A DNA stretch of 63,494 nt, filler included, from Octopus bimaculoides (lineage: Eukaryota), in assembly GCF_001194135.2 (NCBI RefSeq). It is 5 parts of 4 records of this genome, joined end to end, with 100 filler letters (N's around TTAATTAATTAA, not from the genome) between each part and the next. Parts side by side here need not be neighbours in the genome. Positions count along the whole stretch, not along the records: positions 1 to 27,561 come from NC_069006.1; positions 27,662 to 40,559 come from NC_068986.1; 3 more parts are not named here. One strand, given 5' to 3'. Below the pieces are notes generated by a model. That model worked only from the letters and a program-made list of their open reading frames with translations, was not told the DNA's origin and did no database searches. Positions 26,733 through 39,286 of the stretch are shown here, piece after piece (the stretch's first letter is position 1; each line of letters starts with the position of its first letter). The translations under genes and the position numbers were made by a program.

Positions 26733-27232
26733 CCAAACAACACAGAAATAGCAGCAACAATTACATCGAAACAAAACTATTAGAGTTACAAAACTATTCG
26801 AAAGCGAAATAGTCGGTTTTCGCAAATAAAACAAAAAGCAAGAATTCGTTGGTTCTCTTTTAGCATCTAAGCCACCGCTAATTTGCTATTTAAAAGAGGT
26901 GGGCCTACGTCTGACACACTATTTACTCTTAAACAACATTCTACCGCCCTTCCCTTCTTTACCTCACTCTATTTGTTTATTAGGGATCGGGAACGGGCAA
27001 GTTGTAGTTTAGATGGAAGAATAGAACAATGATATTTCCGGTCCAACGATAAGTTGAATTTTTTTGTATGTAATTCCATCTGCTGTTTCTTTCCATTCTT
27101 TTCTCATTCTTGTTCTATTTATTCTTTCTCTTATAGCATTCTTTGCGGTTATTTTTTGTTATTATTTATGTTGTTTGTTGTTTATTCTTCTCCTTCCTCT
27201 TCTCCAATTCGTTTTGTATATTTTTGTTACAC

Positions 27233-27265
<33 letters not shown>

Positions 27266-27512
27266 TATTTCTTTGGGTTTTTTTTACCATTCTTCTATCT
27301 CAAATTACATGTATAAAATGTGTGAATATGTGATACATGTGTTCGTATATTTCAGCGTGTATATGGGTGTGAGTGAATGCAGGTATCCATATGCGCTTGT
27401 GTATGTTCATAGTATCATTATGTGTGTAAGATTCTACCATATGTCCTATAAGTAAACTCGTCTCTAGATGTTTATCGACGTGTAAGAATCTGTCTTACGA
27501 ACGCGTCGTTTG

Positions 27513-27561
<49 letters not shown>

Positions 27562-27661
27562 NNNNNNNNNNNNNNNNNNNNNNNNNNNNNNNNNNNNNNN
27601 NNNNNTTAATTAATTAANNNNNNNNNNNNNNNNNNNNNNNNNNNNNNNNNNNNNNNNNNNN
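27562..27661. other. Artificial 100-nt assembly spacer (44N-TTAATTAATTAA-44N)
   Basis: Identical geometry at four places; the 12-mer has stops in all six frames. Confidence 0.95.
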
Positions 27662-27702
<41 letters not shown>

Positions 27703-28194
27703 TGTGCGCACACACATTCACGTTGCCAAGCTTGCAGACATACATGTGGATGTGTTTAGAAGCGTCGTTGTTAAGTTTCCGGCAAACTGTGGCTGTGTCC
27801 CAGGTTCGATTCTCAGTTGAACCCGTGTTTGGACATGGCGCACTCTCACAGCCGGTCCCACTAGCTGGACAAGTGAACAAGGACTATGGTGTCTTGATCG
27901 TTTTCTCAAAGACGCAGTATATCGAGGTCTACATTATATAATGTTTCCTCTCAGGGTATGGTTTGAGAAGTAGTTCGCTGCTATCGTTGTCGGTTGATAG
28001 ACAACGTAAGGGTTTCTCGCTTGTTAACTTGATGACGAAACAGTTGAGCGATGTTGAGGCGTTCTGAAGAGATGTAAGGCTATGTACAAGAGCCGAAGCC
28101 GGTTTGTAGATGCGGTCGATAGAGGAAGATACCTCTATTTCGTAATGTTTTTTGTTTTTGATTTACATAAACACAAAGAACACGTGTGAGTGGC

Positions 28195-28340
28195 GACTAG
28201 GTATTAGTTCACTAATAATTTATTTTATCGATCTCGAAATAATCGACGTTAAAGTTGATCTGGGAAAAGATTTGAACTCCGAACGTAATGAGCAGAGTAA
28301 AAAAGTACTGTCAAAGTATTTTGTCCGGTGCTCCACCGCT
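28195..28340 (-). mobile_element. SINE family B, old copy
   Basis: TTTATCGATCTCGAA...GTTGATCTGGG...ATTTGAACTCCGAACGTAA...GTATTTTGTCCGGTG resembles the reverse complement of family B. Confidence 0.6.
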
Positions 28341-29821
28341 TCTTTGGATCTATCACTGGCCTACACTGGGAAGACGTGAGCCAAAAAGATCTGTTGGAAA
28401 CAGCAACCAAATTTCTTTCAGCGCTCACCATTCCGTCTAACGAAAGGACTTATTGGATAGCGTAGGTTGTGAGTTCTCTGTTCATAAATAAATGCCAGTG
28501 TGGCCACGGTTGGAACACTTTTGATCATTGATTTGCTGGATCAGGCTGTCCTAGGGGCTAAACACCAACAACGAAGACAAGGCGTAGGCACCGAACCAAA
28601 TACTGTGCTATAGACACTTATATCCCTTTTATAAAGGTCAGTTTTTATTTGCAACCTAAAGTGGTTTCGTAAACTTAGTAGTTTGGGGGGGTAGTTTGCC
28701 CCCCCCCCCNNNNNNNNNNNNNNNNNNNNNNNNNNNNNNNNNNNNNNNNNNNNNNNNNNNNNNNNNNNNNNNNNNNNNNNNNNNNNNNNNNNNNNNNNNN
28801 NNNNNNNNNNNNNNNNNNNNNNNNNNNNNNNNNNNNNNNNNNNNNNNNNNNNNNNNNNNNNNNNNNNNNNNNNNNNNNNNNNNNNNNNNNNNNNNNNNNN
28901 NNNNNNNNNNNNNNNNNNNNNNNNNNNNNNNNNNNNNNNNNNNNNNNNNNNNNNNNNNNNNNNNNNNNNNNNNNNNNNNNNNNNNNNNNNNNNNNNNNNN
29001 NNNNNNNNNNNNNNNNNNNNNNNNNNNNNNNNNNNNNNNNNNNNNNNNNNNNNNNNNNNNNNNNNNNNNNNNNNNNNNNNNNNNNNNNNNNNNNNNNNNN
29101 NNNNNNNNNNNNNNNNNNNNNNNNNNNNNNNNNNNNNNNNNNNNNNNNNNNNNNNNNNNNNNNNNNNNNNNNNNNNNNNNNNNNNNNNNNNNNNNNNNNN
29201 NNNNNNNNNNNNNNNNNNNNNNNNNNNNNNNNNNNNNNNNNNNNNNNNNNNNNNNNNNNNNNNNNTATATACATACATATATATATATATATGTATGATT
29301 GTATGTGTGCATGCACAATCACACACACATATATACATATATATATATATATGTATATGTATATGTGTGTGTGTGTGTATGTGTGTGTGTGTGTGTAGGT
29401 AGGCATTATTTGGTGCTGACAGAATGCCGATGAAAGCCTGTTCGACAGATGTTTCTGTGTTATATAGATTGGGTAGAGAGGGTGGGGAAGGGGCCGATAG
29501 AAAAGGAGGGGTGGCGGTGGTAGAGAGGGATAAACTAAAATTAATAGAGCCACCCGCATCAATATATACAGATAAGTTAAATACATACACACATACAACC
29601 ATAAATATACATACATTTGCATACACACACACACACCACACACACACACACACACGCACGCACGCACACACACAGAGCTATGAGTATCTCCATAGACGTA
29701 TACATGCCTACACACAATCGCACAACTGACATATATCCGTGACGCGCATCTCTATACATACACACATACACACACATACACGCATGTGCATGCACACACG
29801 CACACACACGAAACACACATT

Positions 29822-29858
<37 letters not shown>

Positions 29859-29875
29859 ACATCTCTCTTTCTCTC

Positions 29876-29906
<31 letters not shown>

Positions 29907-29985
29907 CTGAGCGTGTGTATGTATGTATGTGTGTGGTTGTGCGTGCATATATAAATATGTGTATGTATGTATATATACACATACG

Positions 29986-30017
<32 letters not shown>

Positions 30018-30059
30018 CAAACACACACACGCCACACATGCACACACATATACATATAC

Positions 30060-30093
<34 letters not shown>

Positions 30094-30154
30094 CCTTTAA
30101 CTTGCATTTGTACGTCTCTCCTTGTTCTCTCTCTCTCTCTCTCGCTCTCTCTCT

Positions 30155-30272
<118 letters not shown>

Positions 30273-30550
30273 ATGGTGTATATATTGTCTGCATGTATGT
30301 ACAAACAACAACCCCTCCACCTACCGCTCTTTCATACACAGCTCCACCCAGAAAATAGGGTCTAGGATATTCTGCTACTGTTTATTTCTCAAGGGCCCAG
30401 TGGCGGAGGTGGTGGCGGAGGTGTGCGCGCGTGGAAGGCGGCAGAGGTCTACGACAGACGCACTGGGACGCTGACGGTGTCGGTGCAGGGTGTGGGGGGA
30501 GGAGTAAAAAGTGGTGCTGGTGGAAATGGTATAGGGTGGCGCTGACGCGA

Positions 30551-30586
<36 letters not shown>

Positions 30587-31432
30587 GTTGTTGTTGTTGT
30601 TGTTGTTGTTAGTAGTAGTGGTGGGACTTCTGGCTTATTCCGAGAATATCTCTGATCGAACAGACCTTTGGTCAGATTTTTTCCAGCCGTGACCATCACG
30701 CTGGGTTGTATATATATATATATATATATATACGTGTCCTTCTGTTTTGAAGCCGGTGCGATGGGATTTTTGTGAATTTTGGTTATTATTTCTTGCAGAG
30801 CGTGTGACCACGTAGAGGCCCGTGGTGATATGTGATGGTATTGAATATAGTATTGGTGGTGGTGGTGGTGGTGGTGCTGTGAGAAGAATATTGTTTCCTA
30901 CCTTGTGTTCACCTTTTCTCTTTCTTCCTCGCTCACACTACTACTACTACAACTACTTCGTTTCTTATTCTTCCCCTCTCTCACTCCCATTCTCTTTCAA
31001 CCTCTAACTTCCACTCTTTCTTCTTTCTATCTTCTCTGTCTCTCTCTCTCTCTTTCCCCCTCTCTCACTATCACACCTCTCTTTCTCTTTCTTAAAATTT
31101 TCTTTGTTTCCTTGCTTTGCGTTTCTATCTTCCTCCAACTTTTCCTCTCACCTTTCCTCCCACTCCCTCACTTTCCTTAATATCTCTCTCTTACCTCTCT
31201 CTCTTCCCATTCCTCTCCCTTCCTCTACCAAACCCACCACCACCACCACCACCTGCTCCTCTCTTTATGGCATTACTCTACCCACACCTCTCTCTCTCTC
31301 TGTCGCTATTCATCGTCCCTCCCCCTCCACCGCCACCTCCATCCAACACATCTAACACCCTAATATAGAGGCTAACCCCTCCCTTTCACCCCTCAAATCC
31401 TCCACCACCTCCCTCCCTCCCCGTTACACAGA

Positions 31433-31451
31433 TGACGTAAATATGACGTCA
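31433..31451. promoter_or_regulatory. Tandem CRE/ATF sites
   Basis: TGACGTAA (31433-31440) and palindromic TGACGTCA (31444-31451), 3 bp apart, in non-repeat sequence; function untested. Confidence 0.4.
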
Positions 31452-31755
31452 ATGGCCTCTCCCCCTCTCCCCCTCTATCCCCTCACTACCCCAGTTTCTT
31501 TTTTTTTGGTGACATATCAGAGTTTCGCTGTTACAATTTGCTGATAACCGACCTAGGACTCTTTGTGTGTGTGTGTGTGTAAGTGTGTGTGTGTGTGTGT
31601 GTGTAAGTGTAAGTGTGTGTGTGTGTGTGACAGAGAAAGTATCATGTCTCGTGTGTGTATGTGTGTGTGTGTGTATATTTACACATACACACATATGTAC
31701 ATACTTATATATACGTATGTCTGGGTATGTATGTATATATGTATGCATGTTTGTA

Positions 31756-31788
<33 letters not shown>

Positions 31789-32184
31789 TTGTGAGCGTGT
31801 AGTTGTGTATGTCGGTTTGTGTATGTATAGGTATGTGTAGGTATGTATAAGTACGGGTGTATATGTGACCGTGAGTGTGTGTATGCTGTTTGTTCCGGGT
31901 CAGCTTTGAATTAATTTATAATGAAAAGCGCTTCAACTCTGGCCACCCTGCCTTTCTTAAGACAGCAGAGAGTGATTTTTACTTGAAGGATATTTGGCTG
32001 CTATTTCAGCAGGTTTTCTCGTATGCCTATGCGTATGTGTATGCACGTGAGTATGTGTGTGTGTGTGTATATGTATATATATATATAAACATACATGTAC
32101 GTACATACACAGACACATATACATGCATGTTTATATACATACGTACACATACTCACACTCGCGCGCACACGCACACGCACATAT

Positions 32185-32555
32185 GTAGGTGTGTGCTTAA
32201 GAAGCATGCTTTGCAGCCACGTAATTTCAGGTTCAATTCCACTGCGCAGCATCTTGAGCAAGTATCTCCTACCATAACCCCGGGTCGACCAATGTCTTGT
32301 GAGTGAATTTGGTTGACAGAAACTGTGTAGAAGCCTCTCGTGTGTGAATGTGCGTCTTTGTGTTTGTCTCCCACCACTACTTAACAACCGGCGTTAGTTT
32401 GTTTATGTCTTTATAACTTAAAGGTTCCGCAAAAGAGATCGATAAAATAAATTCCAAACTTGAAAATGAGCACTGGGTCGATTTGTTTGACTAAACTTCT
32501 GAAGGCAGTGCCCCAGGATGGCCGCAGCCCAATAACTGGAACACGTACAAAATAA
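32185..32555 (+). mobile_element. SINE family A, full-length, old subfamily
   Basis: Head with B box GGTTCAATTCC, CORE-like TTGAGCAAGTATCT, tail GGTCGATTTGTTTGACTAA...GGCCGCAG. Confidence 0.8.
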
Positions 32556-33181
32556 TACGCGCATGCGCACGCACAGAGGTAAGGTCTGCGTCTATGGCCA
32601 TCGTAGCCCTTGGAACCCGGAAATGCCGTGATATCTAAATAATTACTGTTTCTTCCGAACAGATGAAAGCGACAGGCTGAGGAAGAAAATGCCAGGACAG
32701 GAATTCCAGGGGGATGAAGCCTGGGGAGGCAGGATTGGGTGTTGAGGTGGGTGTAGAGTCTGGAGTGGTGGGGTTGGACACCATACGGGTTGACGAGAGG
32801 AGGAGAGACGTGTTTGTTGGGTAGACATAAAGGAAGGTGATGACAAACTAAAAACTGAGGCACAATGGTTACTTCAGGAGGAGCAGAAGAGGCAGAAGGA
32901 AGACAGAGCACAGCTGTGAGCGGTCAGCGATTGGAATGTTCATGTCAGCCAGTCACGTGGCCCTTTTTCTGGATGTGGTTTACGTTGTGCGTGTGGGTGC
33001 GCAGTGTGTAATGTGTAGTAGCCGTACCGATCCAAATGTAGGCGCGGCCCCTCCACTGTAGGCAGCACCGGAGCATTGACAATAGTTATTAATTGTTAGC
33101 TCTGAAGTTGAGGACCTCTCTTCGTGATGCTATCTTCGCTTTTGCTGTGATTTCGATAGGTGCCCACCTCAAAAGCGAACT

Positions 33182-33420
33182 CTCGTGGCCTAGTGGTTAG
33201 GATGTTGCACTATCGCAATATCATGGTTTCGATTCCCGGACCGAGCGGTGCGTCGTGTCTTTGAGCAAAACACTTCATTTCACGTTGCTCCAGTCTACTC
33301 AGCTGTAAAGGGGCCACCATGAGCCGGACTGGGGGAATGTTGTCATCTCTGTCATACGCCATGGAAACAGGGTTAACCGACCCTATGAATTCTAGGATTC
33401 TAGGACTCGAGGCAGTACTT
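33182..33420 (+). mobile_element. tRNA/CORE-like SINE family D
   Basis: A box TGGCCTAGTGG, B box GGTTTCGATTCC, TTGAGCAAAACACTTCATTTCACGTTGCTCCAGT shared with 36390, 34590 and 43265 copies. Confidence 0.8.
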
Positions 33421-33830
33421 TATCCTCAGGTGCAATAATGAGGCTCAGCTTGTACAGCGACTTTAAGGGTTCTAACTACGTGTGGGGCGATTGGAGGAGA
33501 GGTTTTTCTTCTTGATGTGTGTTGTGATTTTTGTCTTTATACTGTTGAAAGAGATAAGACTGACACCATCACACTGCGAGAATGTTTTCGATGTCCCTGT
33601 TCAAAGAGTCAGTAAAAGTTTGATATGAGTGTCTGGGTCAAACGTGGATGATGCTTGGGTGAAGGAGTTTTGTGAATAATGAATGGTAACATTATCTGCA
33701 CAGAAGCGCGTGTCGTAATGATAAGTAGATGATCAATGTATGGGAAAAAGATTATGGGTGCACAAGACCTAAATCTTGGGGCACACCAGATTTTGATAAA
33801 GTAGGTTAAAGAGAGCTACATCAATTTATT

Positions 33831-33999
33831 ACGTCCTGAGTTCAAATTTCGCCGAGATCGACTTTGCCTTTCTTCCTTTCGGGGTCGATGAATTAAGTAC
33901 CAGTTATGCACTGGGGTCGATATAATCGACTTAATCCCTTTGTCTGTCTTTGTTTGTCCCCTCTATATTTAGCCCCTTGAGGGCAATAAAGAAATAAGA
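33831..33999 (+). mobile_element. SINE family B (tail variant 1), 5'-truncated
   Basis: GAGTTCAAATT B box, central domain, tail TTAATCCCTTTGTCTG...GGCAATAAAGAAATAAGAA. Confidence 0.85.
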
Positions 34000-34200
34000 A
34001 ACGTTAGCACGCCGGGCGAAATGCTTAGCGGTATTTCGTCTGTCTTTACGTTCTGAGTTCAAATTACACCGAGGTCGACTCTGCCTTTCATCCTTTCGGG
34101 GTCGATAAATTAAGTACCAATTGTGTACTGGGGTCGATCTAATCCACTGGTCCCCCTCTCCAAAAATTTCGGGCCTTGTGTCTAGAGTAGAAAAGAATAT
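34000..34200 (+). mobile_element. SINE family B (tail variant 2), directly downstream of the previous copy
   Basis: ACGTTAGCACGCCGGGCGAAATGCTTAGCGG...AAATTTCGGGCCTTGTG...AGAAAAGAATAT. Confidence 0.85.
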
Positions 34201-34589
34201 ATACCAAGATGGTGCGAGCTTGTCGGCAGCCCTTAATCTAAAAGACGAAAGATGGGTGGGGTGTACATGCCGGTAGTCTATAATGCCTAGAGATTCGCGT
34301 GCCAAAAACAGTCAAATGCTTTGTTTATGTCGAGTGAATAGCAACACAGTTTTCATAAAATTTCTCAAGAGTTCGACCTACTGATGCGTGATGTAGGCGA
34401 GTTATGTGTGAAGGTGAGTATATACAATGGCACCAGTTTAAAGAGACTTTTAGATCTATCTCCAGCCTACAGGATCATTACGCCAGAATTTACCTCGGTT
34501 TCCACGGCGTAAAGCCAACAGGAATACAATACCACCTCATTGAACGGTACGTTAATCCGTCACAGGGTTAAACATCTCACCACCTAACT

Positions 34590-34736
34590 GTTGCTGGTAT
34601 TTGTTTTCAGCTGAGTAAATGGGAAAAATGTGAAACGAGGTGCTTTGCTCAAGAATACAACACATCGCCTAGTCTGAGAATCGAAACCTGTTCTTACAAT
34701 TCCGAGTCCAACATGTTAACTACCAGGCTACGGGCC
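34590..34736 (-). mobile_element. SINE family D, diverged
   Basis: CAGCTGAGT...GTGAAACGAGGTGCTTTGCTCAAG...GAGAATCGAAACC...TAACTACCAGGC. Confidence 0.65.
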
Positions 34737-35137
34737 TTTAAGCGGATATTGCTAATCAGTATTTTTCTCTTTTAAAAAATATAGGTATGCATTCGAAAAT
34801 TAATTAAGCGTAATGCGATCATGGACAGTTTTATTAAATCTACAAACTGGTTATAAAATATGGGGGGNNNNNNNNNNNNNNGCCGGTTAAACAGTCCGTG
34901 GCACAGGGATCCAAGAAGGAAGAGTTTTGAATATCTGACAAATTCCTCACAGCTGCCATTGAAATTTGAGAGAAGTGTTCTTCCAACGGGCCCGTACAGC
35001 TTTCTTGTGCAGTTTTGCAAAATTTCTTTTGAAAGCTCTGGTCACAGAATAATAAACGTGACACAATTTAAGAACATTTCAGGAAAATGTATTTTAATTC
35101 TGATAAAGTATTCATATTTCGGAGATATGAGGTGGCA

Positions 35138-35307
35138 TGCCGGACAAAATGCTTAGCAGCATTTCGTTCGTCTTCAAGGTCTGAGGGTGACTTTGCCTTT
35201 TGTCCTTTTGGGGTCGATAAAATACCAGTTTAGCACTGGAGTCGATTTAATTGACTTAGCCTCACTCCAGAACTGCTGGCCTTGTGCCAAAATTTGAAAC
35301 CAATATT
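35138..35307 (+). mobile_element. SINE family B-like, diverged
   Basis: AAATGCTTAGCAGCATTTCG...GACTTTGCCTTT...GGGGTCGATAAA...CTGGAGTCGAT...GCCTTGTGCCAAAATTTGAAACC. Confidence 0.75.
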
Positions 35308-35686
35308 CCGAAGGTCTATTGGCTGCGCAAGTGATTTGATCCGAAAACGTGTGTTGAAACTAAAACAATTAGAGCATGGAAAACACATTTAGGAAAATAT
35401 TAATAACTATTTGATTCGCTCCAATATATGTTGTGACGGATAAACAAAAAAAGATTATCAGAAGAGATGCGATCGAGGATTTTTCAATTGCATAAGCAGT
35501 AATGATTACTGCTCATCAAGTTGTGGACAACCTCAGTGGAACCGGAGGCTGTTTTGGCCATCCTCAATCTGGGTGACTGCGGAAAAGTACTGAAAGGATG
35601 GACTGGTCGATAAAGAATATGGCAACGAACACAACTGACGTTTTGAACGACACTCGACAGAAGCACCACAAATCAATAGGCGTCAC

Positions 35687-35724
<38 letters not shown>

Positions 35725-35919
35725 CCTACACTGTTCATGATGTTTTTGGTCTGATGTATGGAACTGACTGTTATTCAAACATGCTCGCCCAAATTATGAC
35801 AGCGCCACCTCCATACTAAACACTCGGATTCAAGCAGTCTAAGTTCAATCCTCGTGTACGACGTTAGATGTACATCAGGCTGACAGAGATGAATAAATTA
35901 AATTGGCACTCTATCCGAC

Positions 35920-36060
35920 CCACTTTATCAATTCTGGTGTGTCCCAAGATCTTAGTTTCGTGCCCCGCAATCTTCTTCCCATTAATCAACATCTTACATC
36001 CAAACATCCTCCGCATTAAACCTAAACATATACCAAATTTCCACTGATTCCGAAAACTGA
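35920..36060 (+). pseudogene. Highly decayed LINE reverse-transcriptase fragment
   Basis: FINSGVSQD resembles the LINE RT motif INSGVPQGSVL; downstream frame broken and no YADD found. Confidence 0.25.
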
Positions 36061-36389
36061 TTCTAACTCTTATACTCCGGAAGGAATCGAATGCGGGTAC
36101 TTTGGTTAGTCAGGAAAAAATACACGACTTCGTTTATGCAAACAACCTGTCTCAGAAGCCCAGCTGCTTTCAGCCATTTTATATATATATATTTTTATAT
36201 ATATATATATATAAGAATAATTTTGTCTGATGGTGGATTGTTTCAGCTTGACAACAACCTGGGGCATATCTCACGGATAATCAAGGAGTTCATCTAAAAC
36301 ATCAAAATTTCGAATTTTACAACGGTTAGCACTTTATCTGGATTTAAGACTTATAGAGGACAGGTCGATATCAGTATTGTAGCACTATA

Positions 36390-36722
36390 TAAGCATGGCT
36401 CAGTGGTTAGAGCATCGAGTTTACGATCGAGAGGTTGTGAGTTCGATTCCCAGACCGGGCTGCATGTTGTGTTCTTGAGCAAGACACTTTATTTCACGTT
36501 GCTCCAGTTTACTCAGTTGTACAAATGAGTCGTGACATCACTGGTGCGAAGCTGTATCGGTCCCTTTGCCTTTTCCTTGGATAACATCAGTGGTGTGGAG
36601 AGGGGAGGCTGGTATCCATGGGCGACTGCTGGCCTTCCACAAACAACCTTGCTCGCACTTGTGCCTCGGAGGATAACTTTCTAGGTGCAATCCCATGGTC
36701 ATTCGTGACCGAAGGGGGTCTC
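36390..36722 (+). mobile_element. SINE family D, full-length variant
   Basis: A box TGGCTCAGTGG, B box GAGTTCGATTCC, TTGAGCAAGACACTTTATTTCACGTTGCTCCAG. Confidence 0.85.
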
Positions 36723-36959
36723 CTATATAACCAAAAACATGGACAGAAATGAAACTTCAATACTTCGCAGATGTGTTTTCGGTTTTGAGAAGATTAAAGA
36801 ATCCGAAAACGTGATGCTTCCAAGTGATGTCGTTCTTTTCTACTTTTATTGCGAACATTTCATTTCGCCAAAACAATTATATTTAACGATGACGTACATA
36901 TTCATACTTAACACGTTCTGGCAGATTTGAACGTGAATTTACTAATCGCTGGGATATAT

Positions 36960-37165
36960 CTTTTATTCTTTGACTTTTTTCAGTCATTAGACTACGGTCA
37001 TGCTGGAGCACCGCTTTGATGAATTTTTAGTCAAACGAATCGACCCTCACTACTTTTTTTAAAGCGTGGCACTTATTCCAACGGTCTCTTTTGCTGAATC
37101 GCTAAGATAAGGGGTTGTAAACAAACCAACACTGGTTGCCAAGCGATGGTGGCGCACAAAGACAG

Positions 37166-37217
<52 letters not shown>

Positions 37218-37332
37218 ATATACACAGGCTTCTTTCAGGTTCCATCTCCTCACAATGTTTTGTTCGGCCCAAGGCTATAGTAGAAGACACTTGCCCTAGG
37301 TACTACGCAATGGGACTGAACCCGGAACCATG
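36960..37332 (-). mobile_element. SINE family A, lacking the first part of the head
   Basis: Tail, expanded internal (CA)n, CORE-like segment and B box in order. Confidence 0.85.
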
Positions 37333-37736
37333 ATGTTTCATTTTATATCCAAATGACCTTTAACTGCTATTAATTTTTATGACATTAATGTTCAAGCTAA
37401 TTCAATGTTTTCCTTTTTGAACTTAAAGTCATTTAAGTCATTTATATAAAGTTATAATCAACTAATTATATTGAGTCATAACCGATTAATAATATTCTTA
37501 AAATAAGTTAAACTAATCAGTGTGTGTATATATCCGTGCTTTTAAATGCATGTGTTTATGTATATATATGTGTATATATAAATGCGAAAACTGTGTACCG
37601 CTTGGTCGCAGTCGAATGACACACACACGCGCATACTCACACACACGCACAAAGGCACAAACACAAAAACGCACACAGACACACACAAACACACGCATAA
37701 ACACATATAAGAACACATACACAAACACACTCACAA

Positions 37737-37776
<40 letters not shown>

Positions 37777-37907
37777 ACGCACGCGCACGCACGCACACAC
37801 AAAAACATATTGTTTACGTCCTAAGAATTCAGAAACTTCGCGATAATGTGAAATAATTCTTATTTAGTGGATAAACTCGAAGTAGATAAAGCTGTAAATG
37901 ATAACAT

Positions 37908-37945
<38 letters not shown>

Positions 37946-37991
37946 GTGTGTGTGTGTGTGTGTGAGTGTGAGTGTGGCTGTATTGCTGCTA

Positions 37992-38440
37992 AGTGGAACA
38001 AAGCCTTCAAGAGTAAAGGTTGTAAACCAGGGAGCCCTGACGAAATGGGACTCCTCCACCCAAGGAGGTGACCATATGGACGGACCTGTGGGGACTGGAA
38101 CCTTTCTGCATCTCCTGCATGCTACTTGCTGCGTGTAACACACTCACAAAACAAATAAAACTGCACAGATGGGGGTTGGAAGGGGGCCACCTGCATAAAC
38201 TTTGTGGAGAAAGGGCAGCGTGGCACACATCTTGTCAGGGTGCAAAGCGCCACTTACTCAAGGGCGATGCAAGTGGCGCTTTGGCAAAGTGCTTGCAACA
38301 CTCGATGACACCCTGGAACAAGAAAAGCTCGGGGCACCATCAGCCGCGGAAAACAACATCAGCGATGAAGTTCGTAAAGGAAGGAGAAAAGACAGTGAGG
38401 ACAGCGAAGAAGGACAAATAGTCTACTAAATGGGGCCCAA
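37992..38440 (+). pseudogene. HERO-type (R2-like, RLE group) non-LTR retrotransposon ORF fragment, post-RT zinc-knuckle region
   Basis: QGALTKWD, WTDLWGLEPFCIS, LHRWGLEGGHLHKLCGER, then frameshift to AHILSGCKAPLTQGRCKWR..KVLATLDDTLEQE and KFVKEG, matching the CxxC..HILxxC..RYxWRHD pattern. Confidence 0.8.
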
Positions 38441-38955
38441 TCGAGGGATATGAAAGTAGCCTGTATGTACATAGTTTTTTTGTATGTAGAGTCTTCCATA
38501 CTTGTTTTTAAATCTATATCGTCGTATATTAGTATTAGTGAATATTTTTGATTGTGATTCAACTGACTAGGAACACTGTACGCGATGAATATTCAATACC
38601 AAACGATCTTAATCTCCAGATTTAAACTGCATTAAACTTTGGCAAGCTTACCTTTACCTATTCTGAGTTACTTGAAATGTGATGTTCCATTTCCTCTCTT
38701 CTATTTGTTTATACCTTTGTTTACCTACCAAAGTGTTGTTTCACTTTAAGGATTCTTATTTAGCCATCCATTATGATATTTCGACTCTTGTCCATTGTTT
38801 CAAATACGTTTTAGCATTGAGGTTCTAGTCTTTTTTTAAACAATCACATATGCTTGTGTGTGTATCATAATTTTTAGCAGCAGTGTGGCCTTCCTCTCAG
38901 CCCCATCTTATCACCCCATTGTGCTGCTGCTGTCCTAAAACCCGAAAAAAATAAG

Positions 38956-39286
38956 GTATGGTGGGATAGGAGACTTAAAGAGAAATTAGCAGAGAACTCC
39001 ATAAACCTAACTATGTACTCCCACTACGTGGATAATATCAGCATTGTAGCCAGAACACCCCTATAAGACAATATTGATGATCTTGAAGCCTACACTATGG
39101 AGAGCATCCAGCAAACAGCTAATTCCGTCCACCAGAGTATAGAAATAACGATAGACTACCCTAGTAGACTACTCTAACTATAGAATACCCGTTTTAGACC
39201 CTAAACTCTGGCTAGAAACGAAGAACGGTAAGGTCCAGATCCTTCACTCTCATTATGCCAAACCCGTGGCCTCTAAGTACCTTGTT
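38956..39286 (+). pseudogene. Penelope-like element reverse-transcriptase fragment
   Basis: My translation: VWWDRRLKEKL...MYSHYVDNISIV (decayed YxRYVDD)...ANSVHQSIEITIDYPS...IPVLDPKLW...ILHSHYAKPVASKYLV; one stop and one frameshift. Confidence 0.75.

Noticed and set aside
27606-27617. Recurrent palindromic TTAATTAATTAA (also 40604, 52233, 60437)
   Set aside because: Always centred in exactly 44+44 N; an artificial six-frame-stop spacer
30775-30825. Apparent acceptor TTATTTCTTGCAG and short exon
   Set aside because: Resembles the repeat remnant at about 48475-48510 (GGTTGCTATTTCTAGCAG..GACCAC), so probably a decayed repeat
32600-33170. GC-rich island with a 166-aa minus ORF
   Set aside because: No recognisable domain; may be a decayed LINE piece but no diagnostic motif
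34883-35037. Candidate minus-strand exon (ELSKEILQNCTRKLYG...)
   Set aside because: Acceptor plausible, but two frames are open, the donor is lost in a gap and there is no homology I recognise
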